DNA from: Azonexus sp.
GTDB taxonomy: Bacteria > Pseudomonadota > Gammaproteobacteria > Burkholderiales > Rhodocyclaceae
Assembly (NCBI RefSeq): GCF_047638095.1
Contig: NZ_JBLJBW010000003.1
Span: 15,899 to 79,898, forward strand
Length of the DNA: 64,000 nt
Direction: 5' to 3'
Part shown: piece by piece, positions 31,701 to 41,796 of the stretch
Position numbering within the stretch: the first letter of the stretch is position 1
How the letters are laid out: every line of letters starts with the position of its first letter
Notes under the pieces: generated by a model
Databases searched by the model: none
The model's input: only the letters and a program-made list of their open reading frames with translations
What the model was told of the DNA's origin: nothing
Program-made: the position numbers and the translations under genes

Positions 31701-32028
31701 GAAGCTGAGCGATTCTGTTTTCCTTGGCCAGCCCATGGCCTCCGATTTCGATATCGGCTCGATCAATCTCGATCTGGCGGCAGAACCTGCGGCGATGCCG
31801 GAGCCCGTAGCGGCACCGACCAAAGCGCCGGAGGTTTCATTTGAAGCACCTGCTCCGGCGCGCGATGCCCGCTGGGAAGAGGTCAATACCAAACTCGATC
31901 TGGCCAAGGCCTATCAGGAAATGGGTGATCTCGAAGGGGCGCGCGAATTGCTGCAGGAAGTGCTTGCTGAAGGCAGTATCGATTTGGTCGAAGAGGCGCG
32001 CACCCTCCTCGCACAGATCGGCGGATAA
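28702..32028 (+). CDS. fimV: FimV/HubP-family polar landmark protein (LysM domain, TM segment, acidic low-complexity region, C-terminal TPR-like motif)
   Basis: Signal peptide plus the GLGKLTVLSGLGQPLRAEV motif; LysM (HTVERGENLRKIAA...); TM (LAGGAAALALLGGLFLY); C-terminal DLAKAYQEMGDLEGARELLQEV. Shows asd-fimV-truA synteny. Confidence 0.9.
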   Translation: MAVNQNKISKSVSFKQCALALAVASSLSLSSISAQAAGLGKLTVLSGLGQPLRAEVTLAATPEELNGMTARLASPDVFSQAGVEYANGLSDLNFSVEKRKGGKAVLKISSARPVNDPFLDFLVELNWPTGRLVREYTFLLDPPEFAPAAKTRSTVDARVVETVRDNRHEAAKSAAPAAPATAKPALPGRAESVPGAAPETTPKATDAAGEHTVERGENLRKIAAAHQHAGVTLEQMLAGIYRNNRKAFIENDIHRLKTGVILAIPDAASVAAISPKEARQIYVSAGDFTAYRKKLAAAAETAQSRQDTVAAEQAAGGKITARVEEKTPALDASKDQVKVGRADKAAGGGKDGKANALEHLTAEKSLQESQARVALLEKNLSELQKLLEMKNLRLAELEKTTAAAPAISPPPAAAPEVAAPAPAPVAAPVKEAPAAAPETPAAQAPASESAAEQTAAPTETPVETPAETPAPPAPEPAPVVEKTPLPPPTPAPLPEPNFLDSLLEDPLPLAGGAAALALLGGLFLYRRRQQNTATEIALTETLPPASLGPNSVFGTQGGQTIDTGTAPPHTGEFSQAGPGTIDTDEVDPVAEADVYMAYGRDSQAEEILLEAMHKDPSRLAIHAKLLEIYANRRSVKQFETLAGELYAQSGGNGQEWNKVAELGRQIDPSNPLYGAQKAATSTVAAPAAAPVLPAEFAEPEKAPSAAPQIELPVAAPQAFAGVALASEAAAESPTNALSFDFPASAEAASGATQQSQASAQTEPEAESAAEPEAEPDFSFAFTPAAAPAAALAPSAAPASVEATVLEFSAEKTQPLPLAASQPAFEEKTDDPFVASDISLDFDLDDTAEKTAEIPSFAEELPAVQEAAPRAASDGMPRFSPEGTLVVTPNNDFSAEIAEDDLSLDGLDFPQAAPVTPAPAPESEQTMPEALVATQVPADVSAFLSAAVDTEAERNLAALAQTVVTSPSFTNTVVNMPDLTNTVVNPVSGLEEAADDIDFDMKLSDSVFLGQPMASDFDIGSINLDLAAEPAAMPEPVAAPTKAPEVSFEAPAPARDARWEEVNTKLDLAKAYQEMGDLEGARELLQEVLAEGSIDLVEEARTLLAQIGG

Positions 32029-32074
32029 GCGCCTCGATCGCAGGGATGCGGTAAAATCCCCGCCTCAGACTTGG

Positions 32075-32098
32075 CAAACGGCCCTAGCGGGCCGTTTG
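32075..32098 (+). terminator. Hairpin terminator after fimV (caaacggccc-tagc-gggccgtttg)
   Basis: 10-bp perfect stem followed by a T-rich tract. Confidence 0.65.
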
Positions 32099-32134
32099 TT
32101 GTTGACCTTTTTTGCAAAAACACTATGCCAATTT

Positions 32135-32953
32135 ATGTCTCTACGCATTGCGCTCGGCGTTGAATATTTTGGCCTGCCTTTTCGCGGCTGGCAAAGCCAG
32201 CGCTGCGGCGTGACGGTGCAAGACGCGCTGGAAACCGCGCTGGCAGCGATTGCCGGCAGCCCGACGGCAACCCTGTGTGCCGGGCGCACCGATGCCGGTG
32301 TGCATGCCATTCAGCAGGTGGTGCATTTTGATACCGAGGTAGAGCGCCCCCTGGACGCCTGGGTGCGCGGGGTGAATAGCCATCTTCCGGAGGGGGTGGC
32401 CGTGCGCTGGGCGCGCGTGGTCGATCCGCATTTTCATGCGCGTTTTTCGGCGCAGGCGCGGCGTTACCGTTATTTGCTTTTGAACCGGGCGCAGCGTCCG
32501 GGACTGTGGCAGGGGCGGGTGGGTTGGGCCCATCAGCCGCTGTCTTTGGAAAACATGCAGGATGCGGCGCAGCGTTTGCTCGGCGAGCATGATTTTTCGG
32601 CATTTCGTGCCGCGCAATGTCAGGCCAAATCGCCGGTCAAGTTGATGCACGAGGCGCGGATCGTGCGTCGGGGCGAGTTGTTTGTCTTTGATTTCATGGC
32701 TTCCGCCTTTTTGCACCATATGGTGCGTAACCTGGTGGGGGCCTTGGTCTATGTCGGCAAAGGCGCGCAGCCCCCGGCCTGGATCGAACATTTGCTGCAG
32801 GCGCGCGACCGAACGCAGGCCGCGCCCACGTTTTCGGCCGCCGGATTGTATTTTCGCGGTCCAGTCTATGCGCCAAGCTGGGGTTTTCCGGAAGCGGTGG
32901 ACGCCTTTGTCGACGATGAAACAGGAGAGAGTGCATGGCCGCTACGCGCATAA
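32135..32953 (+). CDS. truA: tRNA pseudouridine(38-40) synthase
   Basis: MSLRIALGVEYFGLPFRGWQSQ.., catalytic GRTDAGVHA motif. Confidence 0.94.
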   Translation: MSLRIALGVEYFGLPFRGWQSQRCGVTVQDALETALAAIAGSPTATLCAGRTDAGVHAIQQVVHFDTEVERPLDAWVRGVNSHLPEGVAVRWARVVDPHFHARFSAQARRYRYLLLNRAQRPGLWQGRVGWAHQPLSLENMQDAAQRLLGEHDFSAFRAAQCQAKSPVKLMHEARIVRRGELFVFDFMASAFLHHMVRNLVGALVYVGKGAQPPAWIEHLLQARDRTQAAPTFSAAGLYFRGPVYAPSWGFPEAVDAFVDDETGESAWPLRA

Positions 32954-33576
32954 AAATTTGCGGTTTGACGCGCGCACAAGATGTCGATGCGGCCGTGGCT
33001 GCCGGAGCGGATGCGCTCGGTTTCGTGTTTTATCCGCAGAGCCCGCGCTATGTCGCGCCGGAAAAGGCAGCAGAACTGGCGCGCCGTGTGCCGCCTTTCG
33101 TTGAATTGGTCGGCTTGTTCGTGAATGCCGCGCCGGCTGAGGTGGAGGCTGTGTGCCGGCAGGTGCCCTTGAATCTGTTGCAGTTTCATGGTGACGAAAC
33201 GCCGGCAGAATGCGCCCGTTTTGCCCGCCCCTGGATTCGTGCGGCGCGGGTGAGGCCGGGGCTCGATCTGGTAGAATTCGCCGCTTCTTTCGGGCAAGCG
33301 CGTGCGCTTTTGCTCGATGCGTTTGTCGAAGGTTATGGCGGCGGCGGGCATGTCTTTGACTGGCGGCTGATTCCGCCGGATCTGTCGGGACATTGGATTT
33401 TGTCGGGCGGTCTGCATGCCGGAAACGTTGCGGCAGCGCTGGAGAATTTACGCCCGGCGGCGGTCGATGTTTCCTCCGGGGTCGAAATCGACGGCCCGGC
33501 GGGCAAGGGCATCAAGGATCATGCAAAAATCGCAGCCTTCGTGGCTGCAGTACGGAAAGCAGATGGCACACTATAA
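32935..33576 (+). CDS. trpF: Phosphoribosylanthranilate isomerase
   Basis: [11 protein letters not shown].., 213 aa; followed by trpB and trpA. Confidence 0.93.
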   Translation: MAATRIKICGLTRAQDVDAAVAAGADALGFVFYPQSPRYVAPEKAAELARRVPPFVELVGLFVNAAPAEVEAVCRQVPLNLLQFHGDETPAECARFARPWIRAARVRPGLDLVEFAASFGQARALLLDAFVEGYGGGGHVFDWRLIPPDLSGHWILSGGLHAGNVAAALENLRPAAVDVSSGVEIDGPAGKGIKDHAKIAAFVAAVRKADGTL

Positions 33577-34762
33577 CTATCCCGATGCACGCGGACATTT
33601 TGGCCCCTACGGCGGAGTTTTCGTTGCCGAAACCTTGTTTGGCGCACTCGACGAGCTCGGTGCCGCCTACGCCGCCGCCAAAAATGATCCGGCGTTTCAG
33701 GCGGAATACGCCTATGAATTGGCACATTTCGTCGGCCGCCCTTCGCCCATTTACCACGCGCAGCGTTTGTCGCAGCAGTTGGGCGGGGCGCAAATTTATT
33801 TGAAACGCGAAGATTTGAACCACACCGGTGCGCACAAGGTGAATAACTGTATCGGCCAGGCCTTGCTCGCCAAGCGCATGGGCAAACCTCGTGTCATTGC
33901 TGAAACCGGAGCCGGCCAGCATGGCGTGGCAAGCGCGACGGTGGCGGCGCGCTACGGTTTTGAGTGCGTAGTCTATATGGGCGCGGAAGACGTCAAACGC
34001 CAAGCGGCCAACGTGTATCGCATGAAACTGCTTGGGGCGACGGTGGTGCCGGTGGAATCCGGTTCGCGCACGCTAAAAGACGCGCTGAATGAAGCGATGC
34101 GCGATTGGGTGGCAAACATCCACAATACTTTTTACATCATCGGCACGGTTGCCGGGCCGCATCCTTATCCTATGCTGGTGCGCGACTTTCAGAAAATCAT
34201 CGGCGAAGAATGTCGGCAACAAATGCCGGCCATGACCGGGCGTCAGCCCGATGCCGTGATTGCTGCAGTGGGCGGCGGTTCGAATGCGATGGGGATTTTT
34301 TATCCTTATCTGGATAACCCGGCAGTGCGTTTGATCGGTGTCGAAGCGGCCGGCGAAGGTGTCGCCAGCGGCCGTCATGCGGCTTCGCTGACGGCAGGCG
34401 TGCCGGGCGTTTTGCACGGCAACCGTACTTACCTGCTGCAAGACGAGGATGGGCAGATCATCGATACCCATTCGATTTCGGCCGGCCTCGACTATCCCGG
34501 CGTCGGTCCGGAACATGCCTGGCTGAAAGATAGCGGGCGGGCCGAATATCAGCCGGTGAGCGATGTCGAAGCGCTCCAGGCGTTTCACGATCTGTGCCGT
34601 TTGGAAGGCATCATTCCGGCGCTGGAATCCAGCCATGCCCTGGCCTATGCCATGAAACTTGCGCCCACACTGGCCAGCGACAAAATTTTGCTGGTCAATC
34701 TTTCCGGGCGCGGCGACAAAGACATGCACACGGTGGCCGAACAATCCGGCATCGTTTTTTGA
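33563..34762 (+). CDS. trpB: Tryptophan synthase beta chain
   Basis: [13 protein letters not shown], the [12 protein letters not shown]-lysine motif, GGGSNA. Confidence 0.97.
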   Translation: MAHYNYPDARGHFGPYGGVFVAETLFGALDELGAAYAAAKNDPAFQAEYAYELAHFVGRPSPIYHAQRLSQQLGGAQIYLKREDLNHTGAHKVNNCIGQALLAKRMGKPRVIAETGAGQHGVASATVAARYGFECVVYMGAEDVKRQAANVYRMKLLGATVVPVESGSRTLKDALNEAMRDWVANIHNTFYIIGTVAGPHPYPMLVRDFQKIIGEECRQQMPAMTGRQPDAVIAAVGGGSNAMGIFYPYLDNPAVRLIGVEAAGEGVASGRHAASLTAGVPGVLHGNRTYLLQDEDGQIIDTHSISAGLDYPGVGPEHAWLKDSGRAEYQPVSDVEALQAFHDLCRLEGIIPALESSHALAYAMKLAPTLASDKILLVNLSGRGDKDMHTVAEQSGIVF

Positions 34763-34784
34763 TTTTTTTGCCAGGCACACGCTC

Positions 34785-35591
34785 ATGTCCCGTATTCAAT
34801 CGACTTTCAGCCGCCTCGCCAAGGATCGGCGAGCCGCGCTCATCCCCTTCGTTACTGCCGGTTTTCCGACACCAGCGACAACCGTTCCCCTGATGCACGC
34901 CATGGTTGCCGCCGGGGCGGATGTGATCGAGCTCGGGGTGCCGTTTTCCGATCCAATGGCCGATGGTCCGGCCATACAGCGCGCTTCCGAAGCCGCCTTG
35001 GCGCAAGGTATGCGCTTATTGACCGTGCTGGCGCAGGTGGCCGAATTCCGTCAGCAAGATGGGCAGACGCCGGTGGTTTTGATGGGCTACGCCAATCCGA
35101 TTGAAGCCATGGGGGTGGCGAAATTTACGGCAGAAGCGGCAGCGGCCGGTGTCGACGGTGTGCTGGTGGTCGATTACCCGCCGGAAGAAGCAGATGAATT
35201 TGCGGCGGCGATGCGCGCGGCGGGCATGGATCCGATTTTTCTCATCGCGCCGACCTCCTCGCGCGAACGCATCGCCCGCACGGCGGCGATTGCCAGCGGC
35301 TATGTGTATTACGTCTCGCTGGCCGGGGTGACGGGTTCGGCGGCGCTCAACATCGAATCCGTGGCGCAAAAACTGCCGCAGATTCGCCAGCTTACCGGCT
35401 TGCCGGTGGGGGTTGGGTTCGGCATCCGCGATGCCGCAGCTGCCGCACGTATTGCCGCTTTTGCCGATGCCGTGATCGTCGGCAGCCGCTTGATCGAAAC
35501 GATAGAACAATCTTCCGAAGAAGATTGCTGCGCCCGCGTGGCGGCCGTTTTGGCCGACATGCGCCGGGCCATGGATGAGGTGAACAAATGA
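34785..35591 (+). CDS. trpA: Tryptophan synthase alpha chain
   Basis: [33 protein letters not shown] motif. Confidence 0.95.
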   Translation: MSRIQSTFSRLAKDRRAALIPFVTAGFPTPATTVPLMHAMVAAGADVIELGVPFSDPMADGPAIQRASEAALAQGMRLLTVLAQVAEFRQQDGQTPVVLMGYANPIEAMGVAKFTAEAAAAGVDGVLVVDYPPEEADEFAAAMRAAGMDPIFLIAPTSSRERIARTAAIASGYVYYVSLAGVTGSAALNIESVAQKLPQIRQLTGLPVGVGFGIRDAAAAARIAAFADAVIVGSRLIETIEQSSEEDCCARVAAVLADMRRAMDEVNK

Positions 35592-36460
35592 CTTGGTTGA
35601 ACAAACTCCTTCCCCCCAAAATCAAGCGTGAAAATGGCCAGGCACCGCGCCGCGCAAGCCTGCCAGAAGGTTTGTGGAGTAAATGTCCGGCTTGCGAAGC
35701 AGTGCTCTATGCCACTGATTTGGAAAGCAATCTACAGGTTTGCCCCAAATGCAATCACCATAACCGCTTGAGTGCGCGGGCGCGCATCGATCTCTTGCTC
35801 GACCCGGAGGGGCGCAGCGAAATCGGGGCGCAGGTGTTACCGGTCGATAGCCTGAAATTCAAGGATTCGAAAAAATACCCGGAGCGCCTGATGGCCGCGC
35901 ACCAGGAAAGCGGCGAGAGCGATTCCCTGATCTGCGTGCAGGGTATGCTCAAAGCTATGCCGCTGGTTGTCAGCGTGTTCGAATTCGGTTTCATGGGGGG
36001 ATCGATGGGTTCCGTGCTGGGCGAGCGCTTCGTGCGCGGTGTCAATGCGGCGATCGAGCAAAAAATCCCCTTTGTCTGCGTCACCGCCTCAGGTGGTGCG
36101 CGCATGCAGGAGGGTTTGTTTTCCCTGATGCAAATGGCGAAAACGACGGCGGCATTGACTCGGCTGACAGAAGTCGGCCAGCCCTTCATCTCGATTCTGA
36201 CCGACCCGACCATGGGCGGCGTGTCGGCTTCCTTTGCTTTCGTTGGTGACGTGGTCATGGCCGAACCCAATGCGCTGATCGGTTTTGCTGGGCCGCGCGT
36301 GATCGAGCAAACGGTGCGCGAAAAATTGCCGGAAGGCTTCCAGCGTGCCGAGTTTTTGCTCGATAAAGGCGCCATCGATTTGATCGTGGATCGCCGCGAA
36401 ATGCGCGACAAACTCGCCGCCACCCTGTCGCTTTTACTTAATCGCCACGACGCCGCGTGA
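35588..36460 (+). CDS. accD: Acetyl-CoA carboxylase carboxyltransferase beta subunit
   Basis: Zinc-ribbon CPACEAVLY...CPKCNHH; ATGA overlap with trpA. Confidence 0.95.
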   Translation: MTWLNKLLPPKIKRENGQAPRRASLPEGLWSKCPACEAVLYATDLESNLQVCPKCNHHNRLSARARIDLLLDPEGRSEIGAQVLPVDSLKFKDSKKYPERLMAAHQESGESDSLICVQGMLKAMPLVVSVFEFGFMGGSMGSVLGERFVRGVNAAIEQKIPFVCVTASGGARMQEGLFSLMQMAKTTAALTRLTEVGQPFISILTDPTMGGVSASFAFVGDVVMAEPNALIGFAGPRVIEQTVREKLPEGFQRAEFLLDKGAIDLIVDRREMRDKLAATLSLLLNRHDAA

Positions 36461-37767
36461 AAACCTTACCGGATTGGCTGGTCCATCTCGAGAGCCTGCA
36501 CCCGCTTGGGCAGGCGGGTATCGAGCTGGGTTTGACGCGAGTGCGCGCGGTAAAAGTGGCGCTGCAACAAACGCAGCACTGCCCGCTGATGATGGTTGGC
36601 GGCACCAACGGCAAGGGTTCGACCTGCGCCTATCTGCAAAATATTTTGCTGCGCGCCGGCTACAAGGTGGGCTGCTACACCTCGCCGCATCTCTTGCGCT
36701 ACAACGAGCGGGTGCGCATCAACGGCCAGCCGGTTGAAGATGCTGCGCTGTGCGCCGCGTTTGCCAAGGTCGAGGCGGCGCGTTTGGCCTGCGGTGTGAC
36801 GCTGACTTACTTTGAATTCGGCACCCTGGCTGCTTGGGAAGTGTTTGCGGCGGCCGGCGTTGAGGCGGCGATTCTGGAAGTGGGTCTGGGTGGGCGGCTC
36901 GACGCGGTCAATGTGTATGAACCCGATGTTGCCGTGGTGACTGCGATTGCGCTCGATCATACCGCCTGGCTGGGGGAAGATCGGGAAAGCATCGGTTTTG
37001 AAAAAGCGGGTATTTTTCGCGCCGGCAAGCCCGCCCTGTGCGCCGATCCGCAGCCGCCGCAAAGTTTGCTTGCGCACGCCGAAAAAATCGGTGCCGATTT
37101 ACGCCTTCTGGGCCGCGATTTTGGTTTTGAAAAACCGGCCGCCGCCGCTCCGGAAAACCGCTGGCAATGGCGCTGGTGGTGCCGTCATCCAGATGGGCAG
37201 ATCGTACGCCGGCCGCTTGCTTATCCGGGTTTGCGCGGTTCAGTCCAGTTATTCAATGCCAGCCTGGCCCTGGCGGCGCTGGATGCTTTGGGCGAGCGCT
37301 TGCCGGTGACCATGCAGGCGATTCGTCCCGGCTTGATCGAAACCGAATTGAGCGGGCGTTTTCAGGTGGTGCCGGGCAAACCCAGTATCGTGCTCGACGT
37401 CGGCCACAATCCGCAGGCGATTGCCGTGCTGGCTGATAATCTCGGCAATATGGGTTTTTTCAATCGCACTTACGCCGTGCTCGGGATGTTGTCGGATAAA
37501 GATATCGCCGGCGCGCTCTTGCCGTTACGCGACAAAATTGATGTTTGGCATCTGGCGAGCCTGCCCGGGCCGCGCGGTAGTTCCGCTGAGCAGCTGGCGG
37601 AAATTTTGCGCGCCCAGGGCGTCAGCGCTGCGCTGATCTGCCATGCCTCGCCGCAAGAAGCGATGCAGGCGGCCCGGGAGCAGGCGGGTGAAAGTGATAG
37701 AATCCTCGCCTTCGGATCGTTTTACACTGTTGCCGGGGCTCTCGAAGTGCTCGGCCGAACCGCCTAA
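36457..37767 (+). CDS. folC: Bifunctional folylpolyglutamate synthase/dihydrofolate synthase
   Basis: GTGA overlap with accD; GTNGKGST P-loop; accD-folC synteny. Confidence 0.93.
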   Translation: MKTLPDWLVHLESLHPLGQAGIELGLTRVRAVKVALQQTQHCPLMMVGGTNGKGSTCAYLQNILLRAGYKVGCYTSPHLLRYNERVRINGQPVEDAALCAAFAKVEAARLACGVTLTYFEFGTLAAWEVFAAAGVEAAILEVGLGGRLDAVNVYEPDVAVVTAIALDHTAWLGEDRESIGFEKAGIFRAGKPALCADPQPPQSLLAHAEKIGADLRLLGRDFGFEKPAAAAPENRWQWRWWCRHPDGQIVRRPLAYPGLRGSVQLFNASLALAALDALGERLPVTMQAIRPGLIETELSGRFQVVPGKPSIVLDVGHNPQAIAVLADNLGNMGFFNRTYAVLGMLSDKDIAGALLPLRDKIDVWHLASLPGPRGSSAEQLAEILRAQGVSAALICHASPQEAMQAAREQAGESDRILAFGSFYTVAGALEVLGRTA

Positions 37768-37768
37768 G

Positions 37769-38560
37769 ATGGAAGACAACGACCTCCAGCAACAACTCAA
37801 GAAACGCGCCCGCCGCCGCTTGGTGGGGGCGGTTTTTTTCGTCTCTCTGGTGGCCGTGCTCTTGCCCACATTAATGGACAGCGAACCGCGCCCGCCGGTG
37901 CAAGATATCGATATTCGCATTCCGGGTCAGGACGAAAAAAGTTTTGCACCGGCTTTGATCCCGCCGGCAGAGCCGTTGCCGGCATCGAAAGCGGCAGAAA
38001 AAGTAGCCGCCGCGCCGGAACCTGAACCAGCCCTCCTGCCGCCCGTGAACCGGGATAAAAAAGCGGAACCCAAGCTGGAACCCAAGCCTGCGCCGCGTGT
38101 TGAAGCAAAGCCCGAGGCAAAACCCGAAGCAAAACCCGAGCCCAGGGCTGAAGTCAAAGCGGACAAAAAACCGCTGCCGGCGCCGCCCAAAGAAATAAAA
38201 GAAGTCACCAAGGAAGTGAGCAAAGCTGCGGCGCTCGATAAACCCGCCGCCTCGGCCGCCGATGAGGCCAGCCGCGCGGCGGCCATTTTGTCTGGCAAGC
38301 CAGCCGATACGCCGGCTGCCGCAGCGGGGGGCGCGCACGTGATTTTGATTGGCGCTTTCAGTAATGAAGCCAACGTTAACACCTTGCGCAAAAAATTGGC
38401 GGAACAGGGCATCAAGGTGTACACCGAGGCGCTCGATTCGCCGCAGGGCAAAAAAACCCGCGTGCGCGCCGGTCCTTTTCCGAGCCGCGATGCGGCAGAA
38501 AAAGCGCTGCAAAAAATGCAGAAAATTGGCGTCTCCGGCGTCGTTGCAGCCAAACCCTGA
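37769..38560 (+). CDS. SPOR-domain cell-division protein (DedD-like) with KPEA repeats
   Basis: N-terminal TM anchor; Pro/Lys/Glu-rich linker (KPEAKPEAKPEP); C-terminal SPOR-like block (HVILIGAFSNEANVNTLRKKL...AAEKALQKMQ). Conserved folC-dedD-cvpA-purF order. Confidence 0.8.
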   Translation: MEDNDLQQQLKKRARRRLVGAVFFVSLVAVLLPTLMDSEPRPPVQDIDIRIPGQDEKSFAPALIPPAEPLPASKAAEKVAAAPEPEPALLPPVNRDKKAEPKLEPKPAPRVEAKPEAKPEAKPEPRAEVKADKKPLPAPPKEIKEVTKEVSKAAALDKPAASAADEASRAAAILSGKPADTPAAAAGGAHVILIGAFSNEANVNTLRKKLAEQGIKVYTEALDSPQGKKTRVRAGPFPSRDAAEKALQKMQKIGVSGVVAAKP

Positions 38561-38569
38561 TCCTTCCCT

Positions 38570-39061
38570 ATGACGCTGTTTGATTACATTGCCCTCACCA
38601 TCGTGGTGCTGTCGCTGGGTTTTGGCTTGTGGCGCGGCATGATCAGCGAAATTCTTGCCCTGGTTGCCTGGGGTTTGGGCGTTTATGCCGCCTTTTTGTT
38701 CGGCCCGAAAGCCAGCGGACTGTTCGCCGGCATGGTGGGTGAGCCCGTATTGCGCGTGCTCTTGGGCGGTCTGCTTGTGTTTTTGGGCATCCTCATCCTC
38801 ATGGCTTTGATTCGCCTGCTGGTTTTGAAAATGGTGCGGGTGCTTAAATTGACCACCTCGGATCGCCTGTTGGGGATGCTCTTTGGTTTGGCGCGCGGCG
38901 CATTGATCGTTTTATTGCTGGTCGGTTTGGGCGGTTTGACGCAGGCCCCCAGCCAGCCCTGGTGGCGCGATGCGGTGCTTGCGCCTCCCCTGGAAACCGC
39001 AGTGCTGGCAATCAAGCCCTTACTGCCGGCCGATTTGGCCAAACGAATTCGTTTCAGTTAA
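38570..39061 (+). CDS. cvpA: CvpA-family membrane protein (colicin V production protein)
   Basis: 163 aa, 4 TM helices, position upstream of purF. Confidence 0.88.
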   Translation: MTLFDYIALTIVVLSLGFGLWRGMISEILALVAWGLGVYAAFLFGPKASGLFAGMVGEPVLRVLLGGLLVFLGILILMALIRLLVLKMVRVLKLTTSDRLLGMLFGLARGALIVLLLVGLGGLTQAPSQPWWRDAVLAPPLETAVLAIKPLLPADLAKRIRFS

Positions 39062-39082
39062 CTCAGAGCTCAGGAAAAAATC

Positions 39083-40615
39083 ATGTGCGGGATACTCGGC
39101 GTATTGGCAACGACCCCAGTCAATCAACTGCTCTACGATGGTTTGATGGTGTTGCAACACCGTGGGCAGGATTCGGCAGGGATTGCGACTGCGGCGGGCA
39201 ATAATTTCCACCTGCATAAAGGTCCAGGCCTGGTGCGCGATGTGTTCCGCACCCGCAATATGCGTGCTTTGCCGGGTAATTGCGGCATCGGCCATGTGCG
39301 TTATCCGACCGCTGGTTCGGCGTTTAATTTTGCCGAAGCGCAACCTTTTTACGTCAATTCGCCTTTTGGCATCGTGCTCGGCCACAACGGCAACCTGACC
39401 AATGCCGAGCAGTTGAAAGACGAGATGTTCCGCATGGATCGGCGGCACATCAATACCAATTCGGATTCCGAAGTGCTGCTCAACGTGCTCGCCCATGAAC
39501 TGCAAACGGCAGCGCATGGTTACGAGCTCGATGTGGAGAGCATTTTCCAGGCGGTAGCGGGGGTACATCGCCGCTGTCGGGGAGCCTATGCCGTGGTCGC
39601 GCTGATTGCCGGTTATGGATTGCTGGCGTTTCGCGATCCGCACGGCATTCGGCCGCTGATTTACGGTCAGAACGAAACGGCGCAGGGTATGGAGTATCTG
39701 GTGGCCTCCGAATCGGTGGCGCTCGATACCCTAGGTTTCAAGGTGGTGCGTGATATCGAGCCGGGCGAAGCCATTTTCATCGATTTTCAGCACCAGCTGC
39801 ACAGCCGCCAATGCGCGCAACAGCCGATGTACGCGCCCTGCCTGTTCGAGTATGTCTATCTCGCCCGCCCGGATACCGTGATCGATGGTGTGCCGGTGTA
39901 TGAAGCACGTCTGGCGATGGGGGAATTGCTCGCCGAGAAAGTCAAGCGCTCGATTCCGATCGAGGAAATCGATGTGGTCATTCCCATCCCCGATTCCAGC
40001 CGTCCATCGGCGATGGAACTGGCCCATGCTTTAGGCATTCCGTTTCGCGAAGGCTTCGTAAAAAACCGCTACGTCGGGCGCACCTTCATCATGCCGGGGC
40101 AGGCCAAGCGTAAAAAATCGGTGCGCCAGAAACTGAATACCGTCGGCCAGGAATTCAAGGGCAAGCGGGTTCTGCTGGTGGATGATTCCATCGTACGCGG
40201 CACGACCAGCCGGGAAATCGTCGAAATGGCGCGCGCCGCCGGTGCGGTCAAAGTATATTTTGCCTCTGCGGCACCGCCCGTGCGGTTTCCCAATGTGTAC
40301 GGCATCGACATGCCCACCCGTGCCGAGTTGATCGCCACTGGGCGCAAGGAGTCCGACATTGCCACGGAAATCGGGGCTGATGCCTTGGTGTATCAGGATC
40401 TTGCCGCACTCAAACAATCGGTCACCCGCCTGCGCCCCGATCTGACGCAGTTCGACGCCTCCTGTTTCGACGGCTGCTATGTCACCGGCGATATCGACGA
40501 TGACTACCTCGATCACCTCGAAGGCCGCCAGAATCGCCCCAGCGGTGATGATGATGCTGACAACCGATCCTCGCATCAGATGGTTTTGGGCCTGGCCAAT
40601 GGAGGCCAGGAATGA
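39083..40615 (+). CDS. purF: Amidophosphoribosyltransferase
   Basis: The MCGILGV N-terminal nucleophile and the PRPP-binding motif [13 protein letters not shown]. Confidence 0.97.
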   Translation: MCGILGVLATTPVNQLLYDGLMVLQHRGQDSAGIATAAGNNFHLHKGPGLVRDVFRTRNMRALPGNCGIGHVRYPTAGSAFNFAEAQPFYVNSPFGIVLGHNGNLTNAEQLKDEMFRMDRRHINTNSDSEVLLNVLAHELQTAAHGYELDVESIFQAVAGVHRRCRGAYAVVALIAGYGLLAFRDPHGIRPLIYGQNETAQGMEYLVASESVALDTLGFKVVRDIEPGEAIFIDFQHQLHSRQCAQQPMYAPCLFEYVYLARPDTVIDGVPVYEARLAMGELLAEKVKRSIPIEEIDVVIPIPDSSRPSAMELAHALGIPFREGFVKNRYVGRTFIMPGQAKRKKSVRQKLNTVGQEFKGKRVLLVDDSIVRGTTSREIVEMARAAGAVKVYFASAAPPVRFPNVYGIDMPTRAELIATGRKESDIATEIGADALVYQDLAALKQSVTRLRPDLTQFDASCFDGCYVTGDIDDDYLDHLEGRQNRPSGDDDADNRSSHQMVLGLANGGQE

Positions 40616-41796
40616 ACGAGGCAGCATGGCAGCTGCCGACGCTTGCCGTGCGTGCGGGGCAGGAACGCAGTCAGTTCGGTGAGCATGGCGAAGCCTTGTA
40701 TTTGACTTCGAGCTTTGTTTTTACGAGTGCGGCGCAGGCTGCCCGGCGTTTTTCCGGAGAAGAGGCGGGTAATGTTTACTCGCGTTTTTCCAATCCGACC
40801 GTGACGACTTTCGAGCAACGCCTCGCCGCCCTGGAAGGTGCGCAAGCCTGTGTGGCGACATCGTCCGGCATGGCCGCCATCATGGCGCTGGTGCTGGCGC
40901 ACCTCAAGCAGGGCGACCATATCGTCACGGCGAACAGCCTTTTTGGGGCGACGGTACAGCTTTTCAATAACATTCTTACGCGCTGCGGTATCGGCGTAAG
41001 TTATGTGCCGCTCGCCGATGTGGCCGCTTGGGAAGCGGCAATCCGCCCGGAAACCAAGCTGTTTTTCCTTGAGACGCCGTCCAACCCACTGACGGAACTG
41101 GCCGATATTTCCGCCTTGAGTCGGGTGGCGCGCGCGCACAATATTTTGCTGGCGGTCGATAACTGTTTCTGTACCCCCATTTTGCAGCGTCCGCTCGATC
41201 TGGGGGCGGATCTGGTCGTGCATTCGGCGACCAAGTACATCGATGGTCAAGGGCGTGTTTTGGGCGGTGCCGTGTGTGGCCCGAAATCGCTGACGGATGA
41301 AGTATTCAAATACCTGCGCACAGCCGGCCCGACCTTGTCGGCATTCAATGCCTGGGTGCTCTTGAAGGGGCTGGAGACACTTTCTTTGCGGATGCAGGCG
41401 CAATCGGCGGCGGCGCTTGAATTGGCGCGCTGGCTGGAGGCGCACCCGAAAGTGGCGCGCGTGTATTACCCCGGCCTGCCTTCGCATCCGCAGTTTGCCT
41501 TGGCGCAAAGCCAGCAGCTCAGTGGCGGGGCGATCGTTTCTTTTGAAGTGCGCGGCGCGCGCGAAGCGGCCTGGACAGTGGTGGATCACTGCCGCTTATT
41601 GTCGATTACCGCCAATCTTGGCGACACCAAAACCACCATCACCCACCCGGCATCGACCACCCATGGGCGTATTTCTTCTGAAGCACGCGCTGCCGCCGGC
41701 ATCAATGAAAGCTTGCTGCGGATTGCCGTCGGCCTGGAAGCGCCGAGCGATCTGCAAGCCGATTTGGCGCGCGGTCTGGCGCTGATTCCGACGTAA
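40612..41796 (+). CDS. metZ: O-succinylhomoserine sulfhydrylase
   Basis: ATGA overlap with purF; Cys/Met-metabolism PLP family ([13 protein letters not shown]-lysine motif); purF-metZ synteny is common in beta/gamma-proteobacteria. Confidence 0.88.
   Translation: MNEAAWQLPTLAVRAGQERSQFGEHGEALYLTSSFVFTSAAQAARRFSGEEAGNVYSRFSNPTVTTFEQRLAALEGAQACVATSSGMAAIMALVLAHLKQGDHIVTANSLFGATVQLFNNILTRCGIGVSYVPLADVAAWEAAIRPETKLFFLETPSNPLTELADISALSRVARAHNILLAVDNCFCTPILQRPLDLGADLVVHSATKYIDGQGRVLGGAVCGPKSLTDEVFKYLRTAGPTLSAFNAWVLLKGLETLSLRMQAQSAAALELARWLEAHPKVARVYYPGLPSHPQFALAQSQQLSGGAIVSFEVRGAREAAWTVVDHCRLLSITANLGDTKTTITHPASTTHGRISSEARAAAGINESLLRIAVGLEAPSDLQADLARGLALIPT

Noticed and set aside
29356-31907. Long minus-strand ORFs (429 aa, 415 aa) and alternative plus-frame ORFs inside fimV
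   Set aside because: They arise from the repetitive GC-rich Ala/Pro/Glu-coding region, where every frame is open. The fimV frame alone has the signal peptide, LysM domain, TM segment and conserved C-terminus.
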